Shown piece by piece: positions 52,665-62,017 of a stretch of DNA of 64,000 nt. The number at the start of each line of letters is the position of its first letter. Position 1 is the stretch's first letter. The notes below the pieces were generated by a model. The model was not told the DNA's origin. It was given only the letters and a program-made list of their open reading frames with translations, and did not search any database. Origin of the DNA: an uncultured delta proteobacterium (GTDB taxonomy: Bacteria; Myxococcota_A; Polyangia; Palsa-1104); assembly GCA_963785725.1 (NCBI GenBank), contig CAWAWS010000003.1, positions 352,001-416,000 of the forward strand, written 5' to 3'. The position numbers and the translations under genes are program-made.

Positions 52665-55139
52665 TCAGCCGTCGAGGACGCGCAGCGAGCCGCGGACGAC
52701 GCCGTAGCCGCCGCCCGTGCGCAGCGCGCGCCACAGCTCGGCCGGCGCCAGCGTGCCGCCGACGAGCCGGCGATAGTGCTCGACGATGCGCGCCGTCTCC
52801 GCCGCCGACTCCCGCACGAGCTCGACGCGAAAGCGCCGCACGCCCGCCTGCATGAGCCGCGGCACCAGGTCGGCCGCGCTCTGCGACGCCGCGTGAAACA
52901 CCGTGTTGCGGCAGCCGACGTCGGCCTCGACGGGATGGTCCATGCCGGCGCGATCGCGCAGCGACAGCTGGTGCCGCTCGCAGGGCCGGCCGCAGTCTTT
53001 ATGGTCGTGCCCGTTCGACATGAGCGCCGCGATCACGCAGTGCTCCATGTGAAACAGCGGCATCGGATGGTGCGCCACGACTTCGGCATGAGGCGCCCAC
53101 TCGCCGTCGACGAGCCCGAGCAGCTGGGTGGCGTCGAGGTCGAACGACGGCGTAAAGGCGCACAGGTCGCGCGACAACACTTCGCGCGCCGCCAGCCGAT
53201 TGGTGACGTTGAGCGCGAAGTCGCCGACGCGCGGGATGGTGCCGCCGGCGCCGGCCACGAGCGCGCCCAAGCTACGCACCAATAAGAGGTCGGGCGACAG
53301 CGACGCGAGGAAACGATCGATCTTGTCCTCGCCCGGCTTGCGGATGCGCGGCGGCGTCAGGCCGAGCTGCACCGGGCCACGCGCGCGCAAGGCGCGAACG
53401 GCGTCGCCGGTGCCGGTCAGCTCGAGGAAGTCGAGGTAGATGCCGTCGGCGCCGGCGTCGAGCGCGGCGTGCGCCTGGGCCAGGTTGCGACAGAGGACGA
53501 ACAGCCCCGCCGGCGCCGCGGTCGCCGTCGGCGGACGGGCGGCGGCGACGAGCGCGGCGGCGGAGACGTCCGTGGTCGCGTGGCGGCGCGCGGCCGCGTG
53601 GTCGAGCGCGTCGACGAGCGCCCGCCGCGCGCGGTTGAGCGACGCCACCGGCACGCTGGCGTCGGCGGGCCAGTCGAGCGTCAGGTCGCGCAGCGTAAAG
53701 GCGGTGCCGCCGAGGCGGCCGAGCTTGTCGCGCACGACGGCGGCGTCGATGGGCGCGGCGTGCGCCCGCTCGATCGCCGCGTCACCCTCGACGGAGACGA
53801 CGCTCGCGCCCAGCTGCGCGCGGAACCGCGGCCGCTCGCCGAGCGCGCCCTCGACCACGATGTCGATGGGCAGCCGCGCCGGCTCCAGCCGCTCGATCAG
53901 CTCCTTCTGCAGCGCCGGATCGCTGTTCTTGAAGACGCGCCGGTCGGCCAGCGCGTCCGCGTGGTCGAGCGGACGATCGGGCCCGAGCCACACCAGCACG
54001 TCGTCGCCGCCGTCGGCGCGCTCGAGCTCGCGTCCGTCGCGGCCGACGAGCTGCCAGATGCGGCCGCCGAGCTCGCCGGCGCCGGCCCAGCCGCCCTCGA
54101 CGAGGATGCCGTCGCCGCGCTTGAGCGGCGCGGCCAAGGTCAGGCGCAAGAGCGAGCGGCCGCGCACGCGCTCGACGCCGCGACAGTCGCCGGCGAAGAG
54201 GCCGCGGTGATCGCAGCTGCGTCCTTCGACGAGGCGCTGGTGATCGATGCCGGCCAAGAAGCCCGGGCCCGAGCCGCGCGAAAACGTCGCCAGCGCCGCC
54301 GCGCGCGTCGCTTCGTCGGGCGGCGCCGCGTCACCGAGAGCGGCCGCGATGGCCTCGCGATACAGCCGCGTCATCGCCGCGACGTACGCCGGACCCTTCA
54401 AGCGCCCTTCGATCTTGAGCGACGAGACGCCGAGCGCCATCAGCTGCGGCACCAGCGCGCTCGCTTCGAGATCCTCGGGCGACAAGAGATAGGCGCGGTC
54501 GTCGTGCGGACGCAGCTTGCCGTCGACGACGAGGTCGTACGGCAGCCGGCACGCCTGCGCGCACGCGCCGCGGTTGGCGCTGCGCCCGCCGATCGCCTCC
54601 GACGTCAAACACTGGCCCGAGTAGGCGATGCAGAGCGCGCCGTGGACGAACACCTCGACCTCGACATCGGTGGCGCGGCGGATGGCGGCGATGTCGTCGA
54701 GCGACAGCTCGCGCGCCAGGATGACGCGGCTGGCGCCGAGGCTGCGGGCGAGCGCGATCGAATCGGCGTCGGTGCAGGTCATCTGCGTCGAGGCGTGCAG
54801 CGGCAAGCTCGGCGCCACCGCGCGCACCAAGCGGGCGACGCCCAGGTCCTGCACGATGACGGCGTCGACGCCGGCCGCGGCGCAGGCGCGAATGGCCGCC
54901 TCCATCGCCGCCAGCTCACCGTCGAAGACGAGCGTGTTGAGCGTCACGTAGCCGCGGCGCCCGCGCGCGTGCAGCCAGCGCAGCGTCTCGGCGAGCGTCT
55001 CGACGTCGAAGTTGGTGGCGCGCGCGCGCGCGTTGAAGCCGTGCAGCCCGAAGTAGACGGCGTCGGCGCCGGCGTCGACGGCGGCGCGCAGGCACTCGGC
55101 GTCGCCGGCGGGCGCGAGAATTTCGGGCGGCTGCGGCAC
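52665..55139 (-). CDS. U32-family protein with DUF3656 (RlhA-like RNA hydroxylase)
   Basis: PEILAPAG, ADAVYFG, HASTQM, HGALCIAYSGQC, NRGACAQACR, SLKIEGR; 824 aa. Confidence 0.9.
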   Translation of the reverse strand: MPQPPEILAPAGDAECLRAAVDAGADAVYFGLHGFNARARATNFDVETLAETLRWLHARGRRGYVTLNTLVFDGELAAMEAAIRACAAAGVDAVIVQDLGVARLVRAVAPSLPLHASTQMTCTDADSIALARSLGASRVILARELSLDDIAAIRRATDVEVEVFVHGALCIAYSGQCLTSEAIGGRSANRGACAQACRLPYDLVVDGKLRPHDDRAYLLSPEDLEASALVPQLMALGVSSLKIEGRLKGPAYVAAMTRLYREAIAAALGDAAPPDEATRAAALATFSRGSGPGFLAGIDHQRLVEGRSCDHRGLFAGDCRGVERVRGRSLLRLTLAAPLKRGDGILVEGGWAGAGELGGRIWQLVGRDGRELERADGGDDVLVWLGPDRPLDHADALADRRVFKNSDPALQKELIERLEPARLPIDIVVEGALGERPRFRAQLGASVVSVEGDAAIERAHAAPIDAAVVRDKLGRLGGTAFTLRDLTLDWPADASVPVASLNRARRALVDALDHAAARRHATTDVSAAALVAAARPPTATAAPAGLFVLCRNLAQAHAALDAGADGIYLDFLELTGTGDAVRALRARGPVQLGLTPPRIRKPGEDKIDRFLASLSPDLLLVRSLGALVAGAGGTIPRVGDFALNVTNRLAAREVLSRDLCAFTPSFDLDATQLLGLVDGEWAPHAEVVAHHPMPLFHMEHCVIAALMSNGHDHKDCGRPCERHQLSLRDRAGMDHPVEADVGCRNTVFHAASQSAADLVPRLMQAGVRRFRVELVRESAAETARIVEHYRRLVGGTLAPAELWRALRTGGGYGVVRGSLRVLDG

Positions 55140-55241
55140 GGAGGCAGGTGTAGCACGACCGCGCGGAGATGCAGAATCGCCGCCGCGAGGGCCGCCGTCG
55201 GCGCCGTCACGCGACGCGCCGCAGTTTGTTATCGTCAGGGG

Positions 55242-55928
55242 ATGCGCAGTCCTGCCGTCGCTCGTTGGCTCGCGTTGGCGAGCGCGTTGGCCGCGGGTGG
55301 CGTCGACCGCGTGGCGGCACAGCCGGCGCGCGGCGATGCCGCCCTACCCAAGTCGGTCACCCTGCCGGCGTCGGCCATCGCCGGCGGCAAGTCGGTCTGG
55401 GTCGACTCCGAGCCCGATCCCGAGTACGCGCTCCTCGACGCCCGCGTCGACATCGGCACGATCCGGCAAGTCGGCGACGAGCTCGAGGCGACGCTGCGCT
55501 GGCCGATTGGACCGGGGCAGCGGCGCGATCTGCAGGCGAGCCATCCCGAGCTGCGCTTGCCCGAAGGCGCGGTCGAAGAGGACCGCGAACGCTATCGCTG
55601 CGGGCGCGACCGCATGGCCTATTTCACGATCGAGACGACGTACCGCGCGGCCGACGGCACGATCGTGCACCGCGAGCGCTTCGACGTCGCCAAAGCGCGG
55701 CAAGCGGAGGCGGCGCGCGCGGCGGCGATGCCGAAGTCGAGCTTCACGTTCGCGACCTACGGCAAGAGCCCGCGCGATCTCGTCTGTTGGGCGGCGGCGC
55801 GCAAATGCAAACACGAGCCGTTCACCTGGCCGCCACCGCCGAACGACACGCGCTTCGACGATCCGCACTATGCCGAGCAGCGCGACGCGCACGACGCGCG
55901 CTTCGTTCCGACGTGCGCCTTGCGGTGA
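55242..55928 (+). CDS. hypothetical secreted protein
   Basis: Signal peptide, four Cys, typical codon usage. Confidence 0.7.
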   Translation: MRSPAVARWLALASALAAGGVDRVAAQPARGDAALPKSVTLPASAIAGGKSVWVDSEPDPEYALLDARVDIGTIRQVGDELEATLRWPIGPGQRRDLQASHPELRLPEGAVEEDRERYRCGRDRMAYFTIETTYRAADGTIVHRERFDVAKARQAEAARAAAMPKSSFTFATYGKSPRDLVCWAAARKCKHEPFTWPPPPNDTRFDDPHYAEQRDAHDARFVPTCALR

Positions 55929-55977
55929 GCGTCCGTCACGCGTCGCTCACGCGATCGCCCCGCCGCGATTCGAGGGC

Positions 55978-55996
55978 GCTAATTTTCAAAATTAGC
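55978..55996. promoter_or_regulatory. AT-rich perfect inverted repeat (putative operator)
   Basis: GCTAATTTT-C-AAAATTAGC overlapping TTCAAA-18-TATTAT. Confidence 0.55.
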
Positions 55997-56041
55997 CCCG
56001 AAAACATGTATTATGCTTAACACGCAATGGGAGAAGAATAC

Positions 56042-56731
56042 ATGAGCAGACATGTCCGGCACGTGCTGTTGCTTGTCCTCGCCGTTGGTTCCTTCGCCCG
56101 CACCGCGCACGCCCAAACCACGCCTTACACGCAGTGGATCACGACTTGGGATACGACGTGGACGACCTATAAGGCCATCAATGCGGCTCCACCGGCGCAG
56201 AACGGCCTGGTCGTGCAGTCGCAGGATCTGCCGATCGTCATCAACGCGCCCATCGATGACGTCTACGCCGTCTACGCCAACGTCTACAACGCGATCGGGC
56301 TACACCCGTTTCTGCTGCAGATCATTCCGATTCATTACGACATCGTGGGCGGCGTCCCGACGTTCGATTTCGTCGCGCTTGAGGACGTGCCGCTCCCCGA
56401 CGGCACCATCTTCCACGGCGTCACCGTCGCGCAGCAGCGGTTTCACAATCGCGAGCACTATTATGATGCGGACTCCTACGATCAGCCGGGCGTGATCACG
56501 CACCAGCACATCGTGTTCACGCGGATCGATCGCGACCACACGAAGGTCGTCGAGCACCTGACCTTCGACGCGCCGCCCGATCTGCTCGCCCTCGAAGTGC
56601 AAGGCGGTGTGGCTGCGCACGCGGCGGTTCAGGCCGGAATCAAGGCGGGGATGGAAGCGGGCACGCTCAAGCCGACCCACTTCGACGCCGTGATCGAGGG
56701 CGACCTCGAGGCCGCCTTCGGCCACCCATAA
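56042..56731 (+). CDS. secreted SRPBCC/START-like protein
   Basis: Signal peptide ending AHA; I.INAPIDDVYA.Y....LHP..T.V.E.L pattern. Confidence 0.7.
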   Translation: MSRHVRHVLLLVLAVGSFARTAHAQTTPYTQWITTWDTTWTTYKAINAAPPAQNGLVVQSQDLPIVINAPIDDVYAVYANVYNAIGLHPFLLQIIPIHYDIVGGVPTFDFVALEDVPLPDGTIFHGVTVAQQRFHNREHYYDADSYDQPGVITHQHIVFTRIDRDHTKVVEHLTFDAPPDLLALEVQGGVAAHAAVQAGIKAGMEAGTLKPTHFDAVIEGDLEAAFGHP

Positions 56732-56849
56732 GCCAGCTGCTGCCTGAGCTGCGTCGCCGCTGCTGACGCGCTCGCCTTCCCGCACTCGCTGTCCTGAATA
56801 TCGTTGACGCGAAACCGTAGGTCAAACAGCCCCAGCGCGCGCCGCGTTC

Positions 56850-57350
56850 TTATTCGTCCGGGCTCGACCCTGCCGCGCGCAGCTTCTTGACCGCATCCGC
56901 AATGTCCTCGGCGTCAATCGAGACGATCCCGGCGAGAAAGCTGCCCGCTTCGGGCACCGTGGCGAACGTCTTGGCCGGATAGGACGACACCTTGAGCAAC
57001 AGGGTCATGCCGGTGACGGCGGCGCGCACGGCCGCGGTGCGAAAGCCGCTGCCTTCGATCACCGTCACCGCCGCGACCAGCTGCTTCTGAATGGTCTTGA
57101 CGTCGCTGGTGAGCCGATTCCTGACGCTGGAGTCGGGTACGGTGCACTCGGGTCCGACGACCGTCAGGATGGCCAGCGTCGGATTGGCGCGCGCGGTTTG
57201 CGCCAAGACGCGCCCCATGGCCTCGGCGACTTGCCCGTTGCTCGCGCGATCGAAGACCGCGATCACCAACGGGCCCAGCGCGGTACACCTGAAGCCATCG
57301 CTCTTCTCGGCCTCGGCCAAGGCTTTTCTCATCAGCTCGCTCACAGACAT
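56850..57350 (-). CDS. STAS/SEC14-like myxobacterial protein
   Basis: P....R...V.EGSGF..AA.RA..TG...P.K.F....EA pattern. Confidence 0.65.
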   Translation of the reverse strand: MSVSELMRKALAEAEKSDGFRCTALGPLVIAVFDRASNGQVAEAMGRVLAQTARANPTLAILTVVGPECTVPDSSVRNRLTSDVKTIQKQLVAAVTVIEGSGFRTAAVRAAVTGMTLLLKVSSYPAKTFATVPEAGSFLAGIVSIDAEDIADAVKKLRAAGSSPDE

Positions 57351-57429
57351 GGCGTGACTACGTGACCCTCGAATCGGAAAGAGCAGTGCGAAACGGCGGC
57401 GCTGCCCGTGCAAATGGCGAACGACAAGG

Positions 57430-58011
57430 CTAGCGGTCCGGCGTCCAGCGCAACGTGAACGGGCAGCGAGCCTTCGGGACATCGACCGTGAAGCTCACGC
57501 GCGCCGCCTTCGCGCGCAAGAACTGTAGGGTCGCTTCATAGCTCGCTGCCATCGAGCTGCTCCACGCCGGCGACGCCAACACGAGCGACGGCAGCTCGGT
57601 GTGCGTGATGGTCATGAGGCCCGGCTCGACCACGTCGACCGCGACGGCGCCGACGTTGCGGTAGAGCAGCGAGAACAGCTTGGGATACATCGGCATCGTC
57701 GTCGCCGGCGACGGGTTGAAGACGCTGAGCACGCCGGCGAGGAACGGCTTGACCAGCGGAATCTCCAGCGACCGCAGCGTGCTGCGGCGCCAATGGGCTG
57801 CCGCATCGACGGGGCCGAGCGCGGCCAGCGTCGCGTCGAGCACTTCGACCAGCACCGTCATCGGCAACCAGTCGACGCGCGTCGAGCGCTCGACGAGCGC
57901 GACCGCGGCCGCGGCGCTCTCGCGCACGCGCCCCGACGGCAGCGGACCGAGCGCGTCGATGCTGGCAAGCTGTTCCTTCGCCAGGCTGGCTCGGAGCTCG
58001 GGCGTGGGCAT
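57430..58011 (-). CDS. DUF2378/V4R-like myxobacterial protein
   Basis: WLP..P...P....F.PSP...YRN.G pattern ending FTLRW; resembles 51936..52550. Confidence 0.65.
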   Translation of the reverse strand: MPTPELRASLAKEQLASIDALGPLPSGRVRESAAAAVALVERSTRVDWLPMTVLVEVLDATLAALGPVDAAAHWRRSTLRSLEIPLVKPFLAGVLSVFNPSPATTMPMYPKLFSLLYRNVGAVAVDVVEPGLMTITHTELPSLVLASPAWSSSMAASYEATLQFLRAKAARVSFTVDVPKARCPFTLRWTPDR

Positions 58012-58887
58012 CGAGGCTAGACTACACGTCGTATCGTTCCTGTCATGTGCCAAAACGAGATGGGTGGGAAACGGACGTCGTCTTCATACGTTGCGCGTCG
58101 CAGCCGAAAGCGCCGCACTTCTGACCTCGAAGCCATTCGCGCGGTCTGCCGCGTGATTACGTATCCATTTGTCTGCAGCCTTCCAGGATTACCATTGATA
58201 GAGCTACTTATTCCTCGACGGTCACTTGGTGGCGTCGAGGCGCGGCCTCGTTAAGGGTGTGCGAAGCGTAAGCGGCTTGCGCTCGACGAGCTGCGGAGTG
58301 AAAAGATCTCGGAGCGAGTGAAAGCTATCGAGGAGAACATGATTACGCTTAGGACCTGCTGAACGGTTTTGGCGTCAAGGCTTTGGCTCGCTCGTCGTAC
58401 GCCAGCGCTGTGAATACGGGCTCAAGACGCTTCGCTCGACCAGCTCGAAGGAATCGCACGCTCGTCGTCATTGCGCTCCTTGTCACGACGTCGACTGCGA
58501 CCAGCTATTCCTTCGGGCTTTTGCCGCGGAAGCGCTTCGAAGAATCGCCGAGCTCACGACGCACATCGTAACCGTGGATAGGTTGGAACATCCGAACCGC
58601 GCCGAGAATCAGCGTCCGCGTAACGGCACAAACGTTCGTTTGCAGGAACCTCGGTGATCGCTGGGCGATCGTTCGTTCCGCAAGACGCCGGCGCGTGGCC
58701 TGAGCGGGCCGCGCACGGCGCTCATCTGCGCTTTTTCCGACTTCTTATGGAACACGTTTGCGCCGGCGCGCTGACTGATCCGTGGATCGTTCGCCGCCGC
58801 GAAGACGCGCGCCGAGAGCCGACGCTGCCAGCGGACGTGTGCTTCCGGTCACGGCTAGCTTTGTAGCCGGTGATGTAGATTTCCCCG

Positions 58888-60339
58888 ATGACATCGCCTC
58901 GCCCGCGCTGGACCGCTTTGCTCGCCATTGCGCTCGCCTGTTCTCCGCTCGCGGGCTGTAACGGCCGCCCACTGACTTCTTCCAACCAGTCGTGCGGCCC
59001 GGGCACGCTCGAGCTCTGCGACGGTGAATGCGTCGACATCCGATACGATCCGAACAACTGCGGCGGCTGCGGTCTCGCCTGCGGCACGGGTCAATGCGAC
59101 AACGGCCGCTGCTCGGTCGGTAGCGGCGGCGGCGGCTACGCGGGCGGCGGCGGCTATGCAGGCGGCGGCGGCGGCTATGCCGGCGGCGGCGGCTACGCGG
59201 GCGGCGGTGGCTACGCCGGCGGCGGTGGTTACGCAGGCGGCGGTGGCTCCGCAGGAAACGACGGCTTCGTCTTCATGCCGCCGGCCGATATGGCCACCGA
59301 CAGCCCCAGCGAAGCGCACAGCTTCCGCATCGACCCCGCCCACACCGGTGGCCAGCCGGCCGACGTCTTCACGCCGCCGTTGACCGCGGCTTGGACTTAC
59401 GATGCAGGCGGGCCGATCAGCTATCCGCTCGTCGCCGGCGGCCGTGTGTTCATCACGACCACGGGCAGCGCCAGCGTGGTGGTCGCGCTCGATGCCGCCA
59501 CCGGCGCCGTCGTTTGGGGCCCGCAGGCGCTCAGCGGCCTGCACGCCTACGACGCCGGCCGCCTCTTCGTGCTCGGCGGCAGCGGACTGCTCGTGGCCCT
59601 GGATGCCGCGACGGGCAACCAGCAGTGGAGCGCGGAGCTGACCGGGCAGTTCGACTTCTGGTCGCCTCCGATCGCCGCCGCCGGCCTGGTCTTGGTCAAC
59701 GGCCTGGAGAGTGGTGGCACCACCTACGCAGTCGACGAGAACAACGGCGCCATCGTTTGGACCAATGACACCTTCGACGGCAGTGACGGCGCCGTCGCGA
59801 TCGCCGACGGCGTCGTGTACGAGGCAGAGGCGTGCGACCAGGTCACCGCCTGGCAGCAGTTCTCCGCCCAGCAGCTCTGGTACCACCAGACCGGTTGCAC
59901 CGGCGGCGGTGGCGCAGCGCCCGTCGTCTACCAGGGCCGTGTCTACGTGCGCGACTGGGCGGAAGGCAACACGATCCTCGATATTGCCAGCGGCACGGCG
60001 CTCGGCACCTTCAGCGGCAGCGTGCCGCCCGCCTTCGCCAACGGCATCGGCTACTACCTGGACTCGAGCACGCTACGAGCGGTCACCATCGCGGACAACA
60101 CCGTGCAGTGGAGCTTTGCGGCTGACGGCACGCTGACGACGGCGCCGGTGGTGGGCGGCGGCTATGTCTTCGTCGGCGGCTCCAGCGGCAATCTGTACGC
60201 GCTCGACGCCAACGGCCAACAAGTGTGGACGACCAATGTCGGCGGCCCCATCAACTCCGGCGCCGAGGTCAACTCGATGACCGTCGCCGCCAACATGCTC
60301 TTCGTACCTGCCGGCAACGTCCTCGCCGCCTACCGCTGA
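58888..60339 (+). CDS. lipoprotein: Cys-rich (Stig1-like) module, Gly/Tyr linker, PQQ-like propeller
   Basis: Lipobox LAGC; CVD...DPNNCGGCG.AC; propeller paralogous to that of 28236..31631. Confidence 0.88.
   Translation: MTSPRPRWTALLAIALACSPLAGCNGRPLTSSNQSCGPGTLELCDGECVDIRYDPNNCGGCGLACGTGQCDNGRCSVGSGGGGYAGGGGYAGGGGGYAGGGGYAGGGGYAGGGGYAGGGGSAGNDGFVFMPPADMATDSPSEAHSFRIDPAHTGGQPADVFTPPLTAAWTYDAGGPISYPLVAGGRVFITTTGSASVVVALDAATGAVVWGPQALSGLHAYDAGRLFVLGGSGLLVALDAATGNQQWSAELTGQFDFWSPPIAAAGLVLVNGLESGGTTYAVDENNGAIVWTNDTFDGSDGAVAIADGVVYEAEACDQVTAWQQFSAQQLWYHQTGCTGGGGAAPVVYQGRVYVRDWAEGNTILDIASGTALGTFSGSVPPAFANGIGYYLDSSTLRAVTIADNTVQWSFAADGTLTTAPVVGGGYVFVGGSSGNLYALDANGQQVWTTNVGGPINSGAEVNSMTVAANMLFVPAGNVLAAYR
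59125..59250 (+). repeat. 18-bp coding tandem repeat (GGGGYA x6)
   Basis: ggcggcgg(c/t)gg(c/t)ta(c/t)gc(n) repeated. Confidence 0.9.
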
Positions 60340-60436
60340 GGTTCCTTAGCCCGCGTCGAGCACGTAGCGGCAATGGTGCGCGCTTTACGTCGAGCCGGAG
60401 AGCAGCACGACGCACCGTCGACGCTGCGCCCGCCGA

Positions 60437-61708
60437 CTACGGCGCCGCTGCCGGCAGCACGCAGTTGGCGGCGATTTGCCGCGGCGGCTTGCCGGCCACG
60501 AAGTCGGCGACCGCGTCGTCGAGCGCCACGCCGCCTTGCACCGTCGTCGTCCAAGTCGGCCCATCGGTCAACGTATGCACGACGTCGCAGGTGCTGAAGA
60601 CGCCTCTCGTCGCCGGCAGCGCCGTCAGCCCCGCGTGCACGGCCGGGCTGTACACTTGGTCGACCCACGTCCGCTGCGCCGCCGTGATCGTCGCCGAGAC
60701 CGTGATATTGCCGGTGTGCGAGATGCCTTCGGGATCGAGCTGGTTCTGCACGAACATGAGCGGCGTCGTGATGTCGGCGCTGACATGCTCGCCGAAGTAA
60801 CAGAGATTGCGCTGCGCCGCGCCTTCGATCGTCGTGCAAGAATCATCGGGCTGACCATTCCAGTACGTGACTCGCTCTTGCATGAGCGCGCGAAACGTCG
60901 GCGGCGTCAGCGACGTCACGTCGGGCAGCCAGCCGGCGTCGACGAGGCCGAGCACGCGCGCCTGCGGCAGCTGCGCGGCGATGCGATCGGCGTTGACGAG
61001 CACCGACACGCCGCCCGCCGACGCGCCCGCCAACAGCACCGTCTGGCCTTCGCCTCCGAGCCCGTAGCGCTGCATGAGCTCGCTGACGATCGCCGCGAGC
61101 ACGGCTTGGCCGCGAAATTGGAAGTTGGTCGTGCCGCCGGTGGGACCGATGTCGCCGCTCGAGTAATCGGACGTGCAATAAGGGATGATGACCTTGTTGG
61201 CGTCGGCGAAGTGGGGGTTGGCGCTGACGCTGGTCGCGGTGATGCCGGCGCCGGTCATCGTGCTCGGCAAGAGCGCGGACGTCGTCAGATCGCGCGCGCG
61301 TTTGGCGCAGTCGGCGTCGCTGCTGCAGGCGTAGCCGCCGTCGATGAAGAGCACCCAAGTCGTCGTCGTCGCGGCGCCGGCGATCGGGAAGTAGCCGGCC
61401 GGCGTCCCGTCGTTGCACAGCGCCGTCGGATAGACGCGCGGATCGAGCAGCATCTTCGTGTAGCTCGCCGGCAGATTGGCGGGCGACCCGGGCACGTCCG
61501 CGTCGGGTGGAGCGTCCGGCGGCGGTGCCGTCGCGCCGTCGCGATCGGCGGCGCCGGCGTCGATGCTCGCCGTCGGCTCGAGCGCCGCGCTGAGGTCAGG
61601 CGCGGGCAGTGAGACGACGTGGTCGGTCGGCGAGTGCCCGCAAGCCGTAAACAGGATCGCGAGCGCCAGCGCGATCCATGCCGATGCCGCAATGTCTCGA
61701 CGCGCCAT
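60437..61708 (-). CDS. pectin acetylesterase (Notum-like) family lipoprotein
   Basis: CNDGTPAGY, DGG.AC, IPYCTSD..SGD, GASAGG; lipobox FTAC. Confidence 0.88.
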   Translation of the reverse strand: MARRDIAASAWIALALAILFTACGHSPTDHVVSLPAPDLSAALEPTASIDAGAADRDGATAPPPDAPPDADVPGSPANLPASYTKMLLDPRVYPTALCNDGTPAGYFPIAGAATTTTWVLFIDGGYACSSDADCAKRARDLTTSALLPSTMTGAGITATSVSANPHFADANKVIIPYCTSDYSSGDIGPTGGTTNFQFRGQAVLAAIVSELMQRYGLGGEGQTVLLAGASAGGVSVLVNADRIAAQLPQARVLGLVDAGWLPDVTSLTPPTFRALMQERVTYWNGQPDDSCTTIEGAAQRNLCYFGEHVSADITTPLMFVQNQLDPEGISHTGNITVSATITAAQRTWVDQVYSPAVHAGLTALPATRGVFSTCDVVHTLTDGPTWTTTVQGGVALDDAVADFVAGKPPRQIAANCVLPAAAP

Positions 61709-61720
61709 GCTGACGGCATA

Positions 61721-61737
61721 GGCAACATCAGCGCCAG
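61721..61737 (-). promoter_or_regulatory. putative sigma54 promoter
   Basis: CTGGCGCTGATGTTGCC (GG-N10-GC) just upstream of the ATG at 61708. Confidence 0.55.
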
Positions 61738-62017
61738 GCGAGCGCGCGGCGAATTCCCGCGTCGTGCAGCCGGCGGCGCGCGTCGGAGTTGGCGACTTGC
61801 GGTCGAGATCGGTTACTGCGCACCCCACGCGCGAGCGACTGACAACGGCGCTTGTCAGCGCAGCGCTCGAATCGGCCCAACGACCACCGCGACCTGCCGA
61901 GCGACGCCGCCGGCCTGCCCTTGGGACGGGTGGGATGCGCGCGCTCGAACGACGGCTCCGTCGACAATATCTGTCGTAGACGGACAACGGCTCGGGTACG
62001 CTTTCGGTCCAACCTCA

